Below, piece after piece: positions 26,030 through 27,611 of a stretch of DNA of 27,611 nt (position 1 is the first letter of the stretch; the number at the start of each line of letters is the position of its first letter). Made by a program: the position numbers and the translations under genes. This DNA comes from an uncultured bacterium (GTDB lineage: Bacteria; Nitrospinota; Nitrospinia; CAJXCL01): assembly GCA_965367285.1 (NCBI GenBank), contig CBDUII010000001.1:1-27611 (forward strand), written 5' to 3'. The notes under the pieces were generated by a model that was not told where the DNA came from, did no database searches, and was given only the letters and a program-made list of their open reading frames with translations.

Positions 26030-26727
26030 GCGGGACTGCTTTTTTCTTGCTGACGTTGGTATGCATCATCAGTTGTCACAAATTGTCCCTTTTTCATGTA
26101 CCCAACATCCTCACCAATACTGACTCCCATAGCAAACTTCTTTTTAGTGAAGTAATTTATAAAACCTATGAGCAACCCTAAAGTCAGAAAAGCGCCTCCC
26201 GGCAAAAGCATGATAATCCACGGTTCAAACCAATCCCCAAACAATTTGAAGTCAAAGATACTGCCGTTACCGAGAATTTCCCTGATACTCCCAAGAATGA
26301 CTAAGGCTCCTGTAAAACCTAATCCCATACCCAGCGCGTCAGAAATAGAAGGCGCAATACCGTGTTTCGATGAAAAAGATTCTGCCCTTCCCAGAATAAG
26401 ACAATTGACCACAATTAATGGGACGTAAGGGCCTAATGCTTTGCTGATTGGGGGAAACATGGCCGCCAAAAAATAATCAGCGATAGTAACAAAAGTAGCG
26501 ATAATCACTATAAAAGAAGCAATCCTTACTTGATGAGGAATAAGATGTCTCAATACGGAAACAAAAACAGCGGAACTTATGAGAACGAAACCGGTTGCCA
26601 AACCCATTGCCAATCCGTTGGAAGCTGAATTGGTAACGGCCAGAACAGGACACATCCCTAACAACATCACAAAGACAGCGTTTTCTTTCCAAAGCCCTTT
26701 TTTAAATTCTTTAAATAAATCTTTCAT
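26005..26727 (-). CDS. rnfE: Rnf electron transport complex subunit E
   Basis: GLWKENAVFVMLLGMCPVLAVT, YVPLIVVNCLILGRAE, LLPGGAFL. Confidence 0.95.
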   Translation of the reverse strand: MKDLFKEFKKGLWKENAVFVMLLGMCPVLAVTNSASNGLAMGLATGFVLISSAVFVSVLRHLIPHQVRIASFIVIIATFVTIADYFLAAMFPPISKALGPYVPLIVVNCLILGRAESFSSKHGIAPSISDALGMGLGFTGALVILGSIREILGNGSIFDFKLFGDWFEPWIIMLLPGGAFLTLGLLIGFINYFTKKKFAMGVSIGEDVGYMKKGQFVTTDDAYQRQQEKSSPAEQKTEDR

Positions 26728-26730
26728 TCA

Positions 26731-26913
26731 CTAACCAACCTCTTTAAAAGTTTCCGACATTTTCTTTATCTCTTTATTCAAAATCTTAACAACTTCCACC
26801 GAGGAAATTGTAGCCGCGGTAATCGCCTGTATTTCATTAGGCTTTTCCGGTTTTTTGTTTTTAACATATTCAATTTGAGGTCTGACTGATAGACCTTTAA
26901 ACTGATTCTGGAA
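26731..26913 (-). other. rnfG: 3' fragment of RnfG (FMN-binding domain)
   Basis: FQNQFKG..IQAITAATISS (flavinylation-like motif), directly upstream of rnfE, host-like low GC; the 5' part is replaced by unrelated DNA. Confidence 0.75.
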
Positions 26914-27111
26914 ATCATCGAATTCAACCGGCCGCCCGGATGCGTAGTCCCGGAGCCGCTCCACCAGCTCTTCAATCCACGCATAGTCCCCGGTCGCACC
27001 GGCCGCGGATTGCCCCGATCCGTTGCCATCGATGTCGGGGTCGATTTGGGCCCGAGCCGCGTTGGCGGTTTCATGACCGAATGCAAGTTTACAGATAGTG
27101 TTTGCAGAAGT
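26914..27111 (-). other. GC-rich foreign fragment, possibly the N-terminal part of an Ogt-type alkyltransferase
   Basis: KLAFGH..IEELVERLRDYASGRPVEFDD recalls Ogt N-terminal domains (weak, from memory); 39/60 GC in 26941-27000. Confidence 0.35.
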
Positions 27112-27279
27112 TACCAGCCCCATCCAGCCCAACCTGGCCATCTCCTGCCATAGCTCCGGCGGGTAACCCTGCTCGTCTTTTTGCATTTGCCTGACCAGTG
27201 TTTTGGGGCACCTGTCAGCCAGGAAATCACGGGCCGTCTTCTTTAGCATCTCCTGTTCTTCAGCCAGAGCAAAATCCAT
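27112..27279 (-). other. N-terminal fragment of an acyl-CoA dehydrogenase
   Basis: MDFALAEEQEMLKKTARDFLA..GYPPELWQEMARLGWMGL; RBS AGGAGG; similarity ends after ~56 aa. Confidence 0.85.
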
Positions 27280-27312
27280 TATTCCTCCTGTCAGTCAAAG
27301 TAATCAAAAGAG

Positions 27313-27611
27313 CTATTGCCTGGGCAGACCCAGTCCCCGCTGAGCGATGATGTTGCGTTGTATCTCGGAGGTGCCAATGTAGATTGTCTCAAAGATGGAG
27401 CCAATGTAGGCCTCTTCTATCCTTCCCTTCAGGGGTGCCGCCCTGGAGTCCGGCTCCAGCGTGCCGTAGAGGCCCAGCACCTGGAGCGCCGTGTTGGTGA
27501 ACCGCTGCCCCATCTCGCTGCCCATGAGCTTGCTCACGGAGGACTCCTAGACGGGGTTCAGGCCCTGGTCTCTCACCCCGGCCACCCTCTCGGCGGACAG
27601 GCGCCAGGCCC
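27313..27611 (-). CDS. C-terminal part of an acyl-CoA dehydrogenase (partial, with in-frame TAG at 27547-27549)
   Basis: ..QGLNPV*ESSVSKLMGSE..TIYIGTSEIQRNIIAQRGLGLPR; runs off the window end. Confidence 0.82.

Noticed and set aside
25881-26181. ORFs 25881..26069 and 25960..26181
   Set aside because: They are translations of the heptamer array and antisense or alternative frames of rnfE.
26778-27086. 102-aa plus-strand ORF
   Set aside because: Antisense to the chimeric rnfG region, crosses the GC junction and has no recognisable motif.
77-27549. TAG recoding or pyrrolysine, suggested by in-frame TAGs at 77-79 and 27547-27549
   Set aside because: TAG is a normal stop at 2930-2932 and 27313-27315; the two sites imply different residues; both lie in edge regions with other substitutions; no pyl genes are present.

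Overview
Mostly AT-rich bacterial DNA; gene content resembles Nitrospinota/Desulfobacterota-type organisms, but taxonomy cannot be fixed from the sequence. Left to right: (1) a + strand electron-transfer cluster with two large doubled-CXXCH multiheme cytochromes (>=22 and 15+1 heme motifs), an NHL-repeat protein and a c7-type triheme cytochrome; (2) a - strand run glnD-phoH-7TM/HD phosphodiesterase-ybeY-HIT; (3) two toxin-antitoxin remnants whose toxin is deleted or apparently lost, interleaved with REP-like palindromes; (4) a 5.4-kb block bracketed by two 85%-identical DUF3343-like genes, holding a cNMP+PilZ gene, a FlhG/MinD-like ATPase with 40-aa C-terminal repeats and three tandem c7-type triheme cytochromes; (5) an ankyrin (probable lipo)protein, a cysteine desulfurase, a UPF0104/LPG-synthase membrane protein, ribF and rnfE-A-B; (6) a right end where the rnfG 3' part is joined in frame to two GC-rich, apparently foreign fragments, most likely an assembly chimera. 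Gene boundaries are repeatedly occupied by hairpins built from 7- and 9-nt tandem units, and one 7-mer array sits in frame inside glnD. Both window ends show an in-frame TAG plus clustered missense changes, suggesting low-quality contig termini. No rRNA, tRNA or CRISPR array was seen.
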